Assembly: GCA_963693365.1 (NCBI GenBank)
Contig: CAVNZM010000015.1
Location: forward strand, 5,960,624 to 6,024,623
DNA from: Amoebidium appalachense
Lineage: Eukaryota; Protista; Ichthyosporea
DNA: 64,000 bases
Direction of reading: 5' to 3'
The position numbers and the translations under genes are program-made. The notes under the pieces are model-generated. The model had not been told where the DNA came from. It worked only from the letters and a program-made list of their open reading frames with translations, and searched no databases. Below are positions 37,920-60,050 of the stretch, piece after piece (within the stretch, counting starts at the first letter, position 1; each line of letters starts with the position of its first letter).

Positions 37920-39050
37920 ACACCACACCCCAATCAAAGACGAAATCTTCTCATGCTGCTTTTTTTAACATGCTTATTCATGTTTAATGTTGTTGTTCTT
38001 CCTTATTGGTTCATTCTTAATGCACTGTGACCCCCCCCCCCCCCCCACACACACACACACACACTCACTCCCACTCCCTCCCTCCCACCTCCCCCTGTTG
38101 TCCCACGTACAAATCACCAACACATAACCACACAAGACATCAAATCCTTATCACTCAGAGAAACGGTACATGCATGGTTATCCAGTATCCATTCAGCTTC
38201 CCACTTCCTCAAGTCATTTCAGATTTTTCATTGTCGAATTCGGTTTTATTTGCTGCTAATGGAGAATACCCCCTTTCCTCATCACCACATACACACATGC
38301 TTACGTGTACGTACACGCAACACACACACCAACACCCACACAGGAGTTTCAAAAGGCGTTGCCCGAGCTCTTAAGCTTCATGCTCCACACATTTGAGTGC
38401 GGACTGCGGGATCCAATGGCCCACAAGTCTGCCACTCAGATTTCGTGGTCAGCTGTGAAGTATGGAGCTGACATGCCTGACTACGAGGGTGGTGCTCGGC
38501 CATCAGAGATCAGCAAGGTAAACAACTACCCCCCCCCCCCCCCCCCTTGCGTCCTCCCTGAGGATGGGCTCTGCTTATGACGCATACTGTGCACATGGCT
38601 GATGTTGCGTGCTTGAATGTTTGCCTTTGCATGTGTCCTGCACCATGCTTCTCATCGTGTATGCGTATTTCGTACCGTATTCTGCATTCAAACCCCCCCC
38701 CCCCCCCCCCATCATTGTGTTTTAGCTCCCGTCCGAAAGACAACGTATGGATATCGAAATGATGATATTGATAAGTCGTATGTATGGGTTACGTATCATC
38801 GTAGTGTTTTAGGATATCTCCTAAGCATGGGCAAGTATCATCCTATCATGTCATCTTTAGGTTTGGTATGGTAACATTGTGATAGCATTTTTCCCAGGTA
38901 CATACATGCTCAGGCTAGCCAGAAAAGTTAAAAACACTCACACAATCTCCTTCTGTCCCAACCCAGTATGCAAAGACCTGGGAAAAGATGCAAGGTCCGG
39001 GAGAAGGCAGTCCTGAGCCTGTCAGCAGAAAGGCGATGTGGGTGGGAGGG
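37607..39050 (+). CDS. Spliced gene fragment of unknown product (exons 37607-37864, 38344-38517, 38967 to an uncertain end)
   Basis: AG/GT-bounded, phase-0-compatible, non-repetitive exons (MFQVSPV...FKTLN / EFQKALP...EISK / YAKTWEKMQ). Confidence 0.5.
38559..38693 (+). repeat. ~135-bp dispersed repeat, copy 1 (others at 52306-52440 and 57981-58093)
   Basis: tgaggatgggctctgcttatgacgcatactgtgc...gcattcaaac shared by three loci. Confidence 0.9.
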
Positions 39051-39253
39051 TTGAGGATGATTAGAATGAGGAGGAATAGGGAAAGACCCCCCCCCCCCCC
39101 CCCCCCCCCGGAGGAAAAAAAAAAAAGAATTAATACTTAGTTTATGTCTCTTTTGGTGTAGTCCCGGCCTCTGCTAGGCTACGACCTGTTTATTAGATGT
39201 ATTGATTGGCTTGAGAAACACATCACTACAAAATTATAGCGCACGCGCACACA

Positions 39254-39328
<75 letters not shown>

Positions 39329-40196
39329 CCAGCTGATACCGAGTGTCCCAAGGGGAGCCCCTTTACAAAAAAAAAAAAAAAAAAAAAAAAAAAACCGGGA
39401 AACCCCAACTAATTGATTTCTCCTTGTAGTCTTTATGGTGTCTCGTAGAGAAAGTAAACCCTGATATATAGTCACCACCCGACATCTATGTACGTGATCA
39501 TGATATACCGCTGAGGGGATATTCCGAGCAAAACCCCCTCCCATACCTGAGACTGGTTCTCTTTGCCTCGAGTAAACAGCGTAAACCCCTTAATGATATC
39601 TGGAGTACGTCCATATGTCCATGAAACTGGCCCATGTTTGATTCAAGGGGCCCGGGGGAACAAGTTCATTCCAACTTCAAAACCTGCTCACGTTCGATAA
39701 GTCTTGCGTCAATCCCATGTTTTGATTCAAGCGGCACGTGCAACTTTGAAACTTCAAAACCTGCTCACGTTCGATAAGTCTTGCGTGAACCTGCCCGTAA
39801 TATTCAGGAAAACTGTGCAGCCTTGGGTTCGTTTTTCACACGAACCGTTAGAGGCTTTGGGATACCAAAAGGATAGACATTCCTTGAAATTGAGGCAAAA
39901 GTTTAGGAGGCTGCCCACGTACTTTGTTAGGTGTGACTGGTGCCAGTGCTTGGCGAGGCGTTCTATAGAATCTGAATCTGATGTGTGTGCATATGCGCAC
40001 GTGTTTGTGTGTGTGTGTTAAGCTTTGGGTGTGCGTTTGGGTGTGCACTTGTCTGTGTGGGTGTGTACGTGGGTCTCTGTGTGGGTGGGTTTTGGGTACC
40101 ACCTGGGGAGGGGGAGAAGGGGGGATGGGGGGAAATTCGAAGGGGTGGGGCGGGCTAGGGTGTGTTTCATGTGTTTGTGTATGTGTGTGTGTACGT

Positions 40197-40230
<34 letters not shown>

Positions 40231-40750
40231 GGGGGGGGGGGAAGGGGGAGGAGCTATGCGCTGCATGTGCGTCCTCGACAGCCGGCCAGCATGATGCAAA
40301 AAGTTTTGTTGTAACCCTTGCGCTTTTGAATTCCGAGTTTCAGTGTATATGCCGTGCAGAGATTCCGTTTACAGATGCATGAAAGTGTATAGGGGCTAAC
40401 GAAGCATGACTTGGGTTTCTATGAAGCTCACTGTTTTATTTGTTCTTTTCCAGGCATTCATTCATTGCTTTCTTATGAAAGATCACAGCTCGTTCATTTT
40501 CACACCCACAAAAGCACCAGACCAACCTCTAGTTGGTGGGTTTATACATACGCCATCCCTGCAATGGCCGTGGCTAACTTAGCGTAAGATCATTCGACGA
40601 CAATGTACCGGTACTGTGTTGTATGCGGTTGATGGGGATCAAGGACATTCAGTGATAACAAGTACGCGCGAGATTCCATACATTCTGTTGGAAATTTGAA
40701 AACCAACCCCCAATATTACTATCAAAAGAAAAGGGTACCGTAATCCAACA

Positions 40751-40786
<36 letters not shown>

Positions 40787-40961
40787 CGCACGGAAAAGAA
40801 CAACAAAAACCGGTCACCTGCATTCATCTGCATCACAATCCAAACAAAAGCCTAAAGGGTGATTAAAAACAACTCCCCCCCCCCCCCCCTCCCCCCCCAA
40901 CCCAACCACCCAACCACACACATGCACCATCCCACCTGGCCCGGACGGCACACACATCTGG

Positions 40962-40992
<31 letters not shown>

Positions 40993-41129
40993 AAAAGAAA
41001 AAGAAAGGGCATACACCCCACCACCACCCAAAAACCCAAAAAACCAGAACCTAAAAAGCATATTTAAAAGGGTTTAGGGTTAGGGTTATGATGCAACTGC
41101 CACGCACCCCCCACCACACCCACCCACTG

Positions 41130-50861
<9,732 letters not shown>

Positions 50862-50927
50862 GGCAGGGTGGCCCCTGCAGCCCCGTCAGCACACACACCC
50901 TAACAGCCACAGTTCCTCAAAAGCCAG

Positions 50928-50980
<53 letters not shown>

Positions 50981-51157
50981 AAAAAGCGTATGAAAAAGGG
51001 GCAAACGAGCACCCCCCCTCCCCCCCCCTCCCCCCCCCCCCCCCCCCCCCCCGCCCCCCCCGCTAAACGGTGACTGAACGCCCCGTTCCCACACGCCCTT
51101 TGGTGATTGTATGCCACTTCCACAATGCCCCCTCCCTCTCCCCTCGCCCCTCCGTCG

Positions 51158-51193
<36 letters not shown>

Positions 51194-52172
51194 CACACAC
51201 ACACACACACACTACCCCAAACATCCTCTCTTCCGTCCGCACAACCTGTGATGTGTTGCCCATGTGGCCTGGGTAGAAATTAATTAACACAGTGCCTAGG
51301 CAAAAATATGCCAATAAAATGCCACAGACACGTACGAAATGGAAAAAACAAACCATTCCCGTAACAGGAGTGCCTTCTGTATGGTTCAAACAAGAAAGCT
51401 CTTTCTCCTTGCCTCACCCCGTTCAGCTCTCAGCCCTACCCCTGTCATCCTTCCCCCCCCCCCCCCCCCCCCCCCCCCCACCGACGCTGCAACCAAGGAA
51501 AGACCCTTACCATATGCGGCAGCTTGCCGGCAGCCCCTCTGCAACCTTCTACTCGGGCTCCAACGCACTGTAGTGGCAACCTAGGCAGAGACTGGCGGTG
51601 TGGCCTGCACCCTGGGCCCGTGTCTGGCGTGGGTTTGGTGTGTGGTAGCGTGTGGTGTGCGCAGTCAGAGGCTATGGGCCTGTGCAACACTACGGCGCGT
51701 CTGTGCAACACTACGGTTCGTCTATGCACACGTGCAACTCTACCGTGGACCTGTGCAAGCCTACAGTGAGCCTAGGTCAGCCTGGGGTTATTTCGACTGG
51801 TTATTAGCGTGTATCGGTGTGGCAGTCTATGTGCGTCCCGGCCCTACCCCCTTGACATGAAGTGGCCTCTGATCGTCAGAGCGGGAGAATAGTATTGTAG
51901 GCTGGTGCGCGATGACGTCACAACAGCCCTTTCACACCAGGCCCCGTGCCAGTCAACTACTGACTGGCACACGCACATTGCGGTAGCCTAAGAGGTGGAG
52001 GGAACTAATTTGCGGTAGCCTAAGAGGTGGAGGGAACTAATTTGAATTGAATAGCAAGTCGAAGCGGACTGCCAGGTGTACACGCGTACGTAGCACAGGC
52101 ACACAACTAAACGTGCAACCCTGACACTGCCAACCAGCAAGCCCTCCGCGGCCACAGCCAAACAGCGCCACA

Positions 52173-55100
52173 ATGGCCGACGACAACAGCACTCTGCTGC
52201 CCGGTACAACACCCCCCCCCCCCCCCCCCCCCCCCTCCCCTCCCCCCCCCCCCCCCCCTCTTATTCAACCTCCAACCCCCCCCCCCCCCCCCCCCCTCCC
52301 ACATTTGAGGATGGGCTCTGCTTATGACGCATACTGTGCACATGGCTGATGTTGCATACTTGAATGTTTGCCTTTGCATGTGTCCTGCACCATGCTTCTC
52401 GTCGTGTATGCGTACTTCGTACCGTGTTCCGCATTCAAACCCCCCCTCCCACATCCTCTCTTCTCCCTCTCTCCCTCCCCCCTTCTTCTTCCTCCACAGC
52501 CCGCCTTCCCTTCCTCTCTATCCCTGTGCGCCTGTATACCCCCCTGACGTGTGTGTGCAGGAGACACGGCCACCGCACTGTGGGTTGCTGCCCGTGAGGC
52601 CCTGGGCCGTGTGGGGGCGCAGCTGGCGCCCAGCGAGCAGAGGGGGTTCACGCTGCTGCTGCTGCTGGCCTGGCTGGTACTGGCCCACCCGAAGACAGAG
52701 GCACTGGTGCGCAGGCTGCAGGTGCGTGTGCGCGTGTGTGGTGGGCGAGGGGACGGAGGGGGTTAGGTGGTTGGGGAGGTTAGAGCGGTGGAGTTCGGGC
52801 AACAGTGGCACCTTTGGCTATAGGTGTTACTGTTTGTTTTTTGGAAAGGCATACCCGTGGTTTGAACACGTGCAAGCATATTCGTCTAAACACACGTGCA
52901 AGAATACTAAATTCGCATACGTTCACGAAACGGTTGTCACACCGTGCTCTGCTTTCCCTGTACAGGCGTCACCCCTCCCACACCCTCCGGGGTCTCACTC
53001 TTTCAAATTCCGTGTGCTGGGAACTGGTCTAAATCCCTCCCCCCTCCCCCCTCCCCCTCTCCCCCTCCCTCCCTCCTTGCCCTACACGCAGACATACCGA
53101 TATTACCCCCCTCCCCCCCCCCTCCCTTCCCCTCCCCCTCCCCCCCCCGATTGTGCATTCAGCCTGACACGGAAACGTCCTGTACCTTTGCTCTTGCATC
53201 CACACGCCCACACCTTCTGGCCACCATCGTGTTCTATAAAGGTTCCTTGACCTGCCCTTCTCACACTCCCCTTTCTTCCATGCAAGGCAGATGTAAACCT
53301 GACAACCCCCCCCCCCCCCCCCCCCCCCCCAAGCAAGACTACCACTATGTGCAGCTACGTAACCGCCTAAAGCACCGCCTACGCCACACCCAAGTGGCCC
53401 ATCCTCAGGTGCGCTGTGCTCTTGCCTAGCCGCCCACAGTGTGCACGGCCGTTCTGGTGTAGTGGGTGGCTATGCATGGCCTGGCTGGGCTGGGTTGCGT
53501 AGGATTGGGCCCTTGCAGTGCATGGCTCTGAGCCACACAGGAGGCATGGGTGTGTCTTGTGGCTGTGCCTGTGGGTGTCGTCTGTGTGCATGCTTAGGTG
53601 TAAGCACTCCACCCGTGTTCGATATGCAAACTCAATTGCACGTGTGTGTGTCGTATGCACACACACTGTATGCACTAAACTTGGTAAACACGCCCACTGG
53701 CACGTTTGTGTATGGTAATGAGACACACTTGCCCTTGTGTACTAGAACCCACCCACACTTGCATGTGTGTGTATGGTATCCACCCCCGTATGCACAGTGA
53801 TGTACATGCTCGCTTGTGCTTATGTGGTATTCACACTCACTTGCGCGGGTATGTGGTACCCACACTCACTTGCACCTGTTCACTGATCTTTACCCCCTCC
53901 CCCCCCCCCCCCCCCCCGCCCCCCCCCTCTACAGCAGCGCTTGCCCCCCTGTGCCAAGGTGGTGCGTGCGGAGGAGGACGAAGTACCTGATCTTGCCCGG
54001 AGCAGCCCCACCCTGCTGTGAGTGGCCCTCGGGTGGGGTTGGGTGGGGGGGAGGGAGGGAGGGGGGGGGGGGATGAGGATGAGGGAGGTGTGTGTGTGTG
54101 GGGGGGGGGGGGGGGGGGGGAGGGGGGAGTGGGGGAGGTTGAGTGAAAGATGAAGGGGAGGTACAGGTGACCAAGGGCTCTTGTAATGGCATCGAGCTAA
54201 GGGAACAATGAATGCACAGAAGGAAGGTGGGGTGTTTGTGTGTAAACGTGTGCGAAGTGGCTGTCTCTGGTTGTGACTGTGTGTAGGGGCTAGTGCTGGG
54301 AAGGACGGGCTGATGCGAGATGCGCAGTGCATGTGATGGCAGAACAAGGTCAGTGCTGTGCCTTGTATGGAAAACATATTCTAAACCCTGTACTTTGTAT
54401 GGAAAACATATTCTAAACCCTTTACTTTGTATGGAAAACATATTCTAAACCCTGTGTCTTGCATGGAAAACATATTCTAAGCCCACCTACCCACAGACTG
54501 ACGGAGGACGAGCACGACATGCTGTCACGTGCAAAGGAGGCCATTGGTGGGTGGTCATGCGTGTTCGGCACACCTGCATGCACGGCACCATGTGAAAATA
54601 TGCCCAGTCGGACAACTGCACCCACCACATGCGCTGTAGGAGTTGTGCCGTTTGTTGCACTTCTTCCGTGTCCTTCTTCGCATGTCTTTGTTTTGAAAAC
54701 CCCCCTCGCCTCCCCCCCTCCCCCTGCCCCGCCTGTCCTCCTTGATCTTTCACCTGACTCCATGATTGTCCAATAATTTGTCTCTTAAGCGCGTATTGAT
54801 TGGCTGTCCTTGTGACCCCTGGACCTTCACTTCTCTTCCCATGCCATCTGCACTTTGTTCTGGCCTATGTTCCCACTCACCCACAATTCTGGCACTGACA
54901 TTGGGGGGCAGAGGCCAACGGCACGCAGTACATCATCGAGTTGATCAACAACAGCAAGAAGTCCACAGGTGGGTGGGGGGGTTTAATGGCATGTAATTCA
55001 GATGTGGAGGCATGTGCGCTGGGTTCAATGGAGGTGGGGTGTGTGAGTCTGTGCAGGGGAAATGAATTACCGGCACGTGTCAGTGAGGTGGTTGCACATA

Positions 55101-55602
55101 ACGGGTAAGGGTAGATGACTAAGGGGGATTGGTGTGGCTGCAGGCAGTGCGTTTTCCATCATCTCCACCCCCATGTCTCCCTTCGACTACTTCATTGAGA
55201 ACGACGAACAGTGCGTCAGCTTCCGCATCAAAATCCGGCCCCTTGAGGTTCGACCCCCCCCCCCCCCCCCCCCCACATTACATATAATGTGTGCGCAATG
55301 TGAGGAGGCATCTATGTGCTGCGACGTGCTACTTTGTGTCCACCATGTGCCCCCCCCCCCCCCCCCTTGCTTTCGGGCCGGATATCTTAGCATCTCCCCG
55401 TTTCGCCTGTTCTTCCGTCCTACCAGTTTGCGTATGTGTCGTCCCAAACAGCCTCGCATCCTGCCCCCCTGCGTGGCTAATGGTGCCTATCAGGCTGATA
55501 GTAGCAGGTTTCTTGCTCATAAGGTTTAGGCAGGTCTCTGCTGTGGGAGTTATTTGAGTCAGGGAGGGACGGGGGAATGAGGGAGGGAGGGATTGCCGGG
55601 GG

Positions 55603-55648
<46 letters not shown>

Positions 55649-56988
55649 GAGAGGGAGGGGGGGGAGGGGGGGGGCGGGGGATGGGACGAAGGTGGGAGAG
55701 AAGGAGGGAGGGAGTTGGGGTGGAGCAGGAGGGAGGGAGTTTGGGGGGGGGGGGGGGAGGGACGGGGAGGGTGGGAGCTGGGAGGGGTGGAGCATGAATT
55801 GAATGTCATAAAACCGTAGACCACATGTTTGTGCTCATGCCTGCACGCGTACACGCATACGAAGCGAAACACAAACACTGACCGGCCACGGACAGCGCTC
55901 ATCATCCACACATCTGCCGTTTGCCGTGCTGCCTGAGGGGGTGCTGAATGTCATTGTCAAGTTGACCTCCAAGGGCCAGCAGGTGGGTGTGTGCAGCGCA
56001 CGGCATGTGGGGCTGTGTGTGTTTGCAGTGCACGGCATATGTGGCTGTGTGTGGGGTGCGTGCACAACATGTGATGCTGTGTGTGGGGTGCGTGCACAAC
56101 AGGTGTGGCTGTGTGTATCAGGGTGTGTGTGTGCAGTGCTCCGATTTGTAAAGGGTGGGGTGGTTGCAGTGTACATGGGGTCATGTTGCATGGGCACGAA
56201 TGTAGACGGGGTGAGTGCCGGGGGGTTCAGGATGAGTATGTGATTGGAGGTGGTGGTGGGGAGGGGAGAAAGGGGTTCAAACGATGGAAAAGGGGGGGGG
56301 GGGGGGGGGGGGGGGGGAGGGGGTGCTAGGGAGAGGCGGGGGGGGGGGGGGGGGGGGGGGTTACGGTGTTAGAGAAATGAGCCGAAAGAGATGGTGAGGG
56401 CGAGCAAGCCTCGATCTGACTGGGTGGTTCAGTTACGTGAGCGGCAGTTTCAGGACGACTACCGCAACTTCCTGCACCTGACCCACTCATATGCCCTGGA
56501 CGACTATGGTGGGTTCACTGGGTGCGGGGTGCTGGGCAGGGGGTATGGGGGCCAGGGGTGACCTGGAGTAGTGGGGGGTAGTTTGGGCTGCTGGCCCAGC
56601 TCTGGGTGGCCCAACACCAGGTGTAGTACAACATCAGAGTAGTCAAATTTGGGTACACAATGCATGCCTCTGCCAGTGGGTAGGGTTTACCCAAACCCTT
56701 GGGTATACACACATTCTAAACCACCCCCATACCCACACACACAAACACACCCAATCACACTCATACACATGCACGTACGCACCACGCAAGCACACATGCG
56801 CACACACATTCATGCACACACAGCTGCACACACATACACGTGCGCACAAGTGGCACATACACGTTTCAAGTTGTGTACATATACACACACACACGATAAG
56901 CAAAAGGGCATATTTTGGCGTTGACGTTCAGACCATGCGGTTAAAGGAGAATAGTTGACTTCTTACAGGGAACGTGCTAACGTGCTGA
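52173..56988 (+). CDS. Unknown protein, 10 exons, ~247 aa, one hydrophobic (putative TM) segment
   Basis: Exons 52173-52203, 52561-52721, 53334-53408, 53935-54017, 54497-54546, 54912-54968, 55144-55247, 55896-55982, 56433-56508 and 56969-56988. GT-AG, several CTGAC branch sites, phases consistent (744 nt). Hydrophobic stretch FTLLLLLAWLVLA. Confidence 0.72.
52306..52440 (+). repeat. ~135-bp dispersed repeat, copy 2 (intron 1 of the unknown gene)
   Basis: Matches 38559-38693. Confidence 0.9.
54363..54482 (+). repeat. ~33-bp intronic minisatellite, ~4 units
   Basis: ttgtatggaaaacatattctaaaccc repeated with invariant spacing. Confidence 0.9.
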
Positions 56989-57237
56989 TGTTGCCATGAC
57001 CACAGAGTTTCCGTTTCCGCCGTATGACCCCAACCTGCAGAACACGCGTTGTTTAGAAACACAGGTTGGTGCTGGCACTAAGCCTCCCCTGAACATGGTT
57101 GGGATGTGTGTGGGGTGTGTGTAGTGTCTCAGAATGCAGGTGCGTGTGTGCTTGTGTGCCAATTGGGTGTGATCAAAATGAGGTGTGTTTGTGTGTGCTG
57201 TGTGTGGATATATTGTGTATGTGTGTGTGTGTGTTGT

Positions 57238-57290
<53 letters not shown>

Positions 57291-57894
57291 TTGTGTGTTG
57301 GCATCGAGCTTTACATGGGCCTTTCGGAACGATGCAAACTCAGGCTGGGGCCGCCCCCTTTGTCAGCCTTGTGTAAGAACGACGGAGAGCGCTTGTGCAA
57401 GTATGCACATGCAGTCATGCACATGTTGCTCAGGCCTGGGTGGCATTTTTGTGGGGTTGATCGCACTAATTAAAGAACAAGGAAAGAGAGGGCTCCTCAA
57501 ATGAAATTTGCCGAGGGCAATTTTTAGACTGCTTCAGCAGAGGGCCCAATCGAGCCCAGTCCAAGAATTGATCATGTTCGTATTGGCCGGGTGAGCCGTC
57601 AGCATTGCCATGCAGGGTCATCTTTGCGGCGGCAAAGATCGACCGTAAACATTGCCGCCACAAACATTCTGCTTACAATAACGGTCTATTGGCAAAATTC
57701 CATAGCTAGGTGGGCTGCCAATAGGGTTGGCGGGCTAAGGGCAAGGGCTGTGTGTGTGTGTGTCGCATGCTACGTTGAAACCGGGTGGGTGGCTGGCCTG
57801 TCTAACATGTTGCTGCGCATTGCAGAGATACACTGTGTTCAAGGGGCCTTTGAAAAAGTATGGCCGAGTAGAGATAGCCCTCCATGAAATTGAG

Positions 57895-57930
<36 letters not shown>

Positions 57931-57980
57931 CCCGGCTAAGGGGTCGAAACACATACGCAATTGATGACTTGGGCCCTCCC

Positions 57981-58093
57981 TGAGGATGGGCTCTGCTTAT
58001 GACGCATACTGTGCGCATGGCTATGTTGCATACTTGAATGTTTGCCTTTGCATGTGTCTTGTGCGTACTTCGTACCGTGTTCCGCATTCAAAC
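57981..58093 (+). repeat. ~135-bp dispersed repeat, copy 3 (internal deletion)
   Basis: Matches 38559-38693. Confidence 0.85.
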
Positions 58094-58283
58094 CACCCCC
58101 CCCCCCCCCCCTCCCCCCCCTCTTCTCCCCCTGCCCTCCGTTAAACCTAACACAACACTATTTTTAGGTGGTATCTGGTGCCAAGCAATCAATGATAGGA
58201 TGTAGTGATCTAGATTGGAATTCTGTACTGTGATTGCGCCAGTGCTCAGGCTCGTTGGTTCCTTCTTAGTGTTTTGTTTGCTG

Positions 58284-58330
<47 letters not shown>

Positions 58331-59859
58331 AAAAAAAAAAACTACCACCATTACCCCCCCCCCCCCCCCCCAAAAAAAAAAAAAAAAAAAACAATTCTGT
58401 GGCCCGTAGGAAATGGATACCTGCAAATGAGAAAATACGAGGAACTGATTAATGTATAATGGCAACTTGGTGTGTAATATGGTATTTGCATGCATGGATA
58501 TAATAGGGCAAGTATTTGAACCACCAAACCGCACATGAAGGCATGGATGAATGGAAACATGCACGTGCATATAGAAATATCACCCCACCTGGCTCACTCG
58601 GATCTTACCATGCGGCCCATCTGGAAGAGGGAGGCATGACTTTGTACTCACTCTCTGTGTTTGCTGTCAGCCCATCAAGCACCTCTTTTATGCCGCCAGC
58701 GACAAGGCCCCGCGCTTTCTAACCTGGATTGCCTGGGAGGTGGGTGTCTGTCCCCAAAGCTAGTGGTATGTAGCTACTGCTGTCGAGTGACCCGCCAGTG
58801 GTTTCGCGTACACCATGTATTAAATACCGAGGCTCTGCTCAGGAGATATAACAACTGCTTGCTTCCTGTTGTCCCCCCCCCCCCCCCCCCCCCCCCCCCC
58901 TCTTGCCCCGGGGTGCCCGTGCACCTACCAAAACAGTTACCAAAAAAAAAATATAAAAAAATAAGCACCTTATATACACCCACCCGCACACTCCCCTCTT
59001 TAGCTGAGCACACAACAATTGCCTTTCCTCGTAGGTCAGGCAGTCTGGATGGGGTGTTTTGCTTTTGGTTGGGTGTCCTGTTTTTGCTTGTGTAAGCGTG
59101 TGATCCTTCCCACAGTCAGTAACCGGGTATGGCAGCGTGTTTGTTTTGGTTGGTTGGTGCAATAGCTGATACCCGTTAACATGGGAACAGGTCAAGATCA
59201 TCGTGCCGTGCAAGCAGATATTAAAGCTCGTCCGGCGACAACAAGAGCGCACAGCTGGTACGGCTCAATAGCATTGTTCGCGTTGCAGGCCGACCTGGGC
59301 TTAGGAATCCTGGTTATGATCCGGGATATTTCTGGTGGTTGGCACATGCTTCCGTCTCTATTCACCAGTATGTAATGCAGCTGAATAGTCCATGGAGATT
59401 TGTAGGCAGGATTTTATAGGTAGATTGGGTGCCACGCTCACTCTGGCTGAGTATACCATGATTGATCATATGGGAGGCTGTAGTCAATATAACTAACTGT
59501 ACATAGCACTTATTATACAGAGCCGTATGGTTTTGTGGAGCTGAAGAGCAGATTGTCGGTTGAATATTCCACCTGCTCATCCCCGCCACTCATTATGTCA
59601 TGACATGTGAATATCATACCAGTCTTTAGAAAATCCCCTTCTCTGTGGATGCCTTCCACGGTGGGTGGACAATTCAGTTCAAGTCAATCTGGCTGAAACA
59701 GCAAAGGGTAGTGTCCTGTGTTGCATGTGTTCGGCAATGTTCATTATAAATGGTGAGTTCAACATGTTATTTTGACCATTTGATATCGGCTCTCATAAAT
59801 ACTGTAGTGGAGAGAGTGTGTGATAGAGAATTATGATTGTATTGGTTGAATGTTAATGT

Positions 59860-60050
59860 TGGTGCCCGTGGCGCCAGACCAAAATTATGTGCACATGCAT
59901 GCGTCTTCAGGGTGTGTGACCTGCGCGTGCACTCTCCCAACTTGGAGCGTACGACTCTGTTTCTTCTTCTCTTATTCTTCTTCTTCTTCTTTCTTTCTTT
60001 CTTTCTTTCATATCTTTTTCTTTCTTTCTTTCTTTCTTTTTTCTTTTTTT
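59860..60050 (+). repeat. ~100-bp SINE-like repeat with TTC/TTTC tail (second copy 60707-60888)
   Basis: tggtgcccgtggcgccag...cccaacttggag...cgactct plus a pyrimidine tail at both loci. Confidence 0.75.

Noticed and set aside
54363-54482. CRISPR-like ~33-bp repeats
   Set aside because: Contiguous minisatellite without spacers, inside an intron.
58400-59760. Possible minus-strand exons
   Set aside because: I could not assemble a stop-free, phase-consistent model or recognise any motif.
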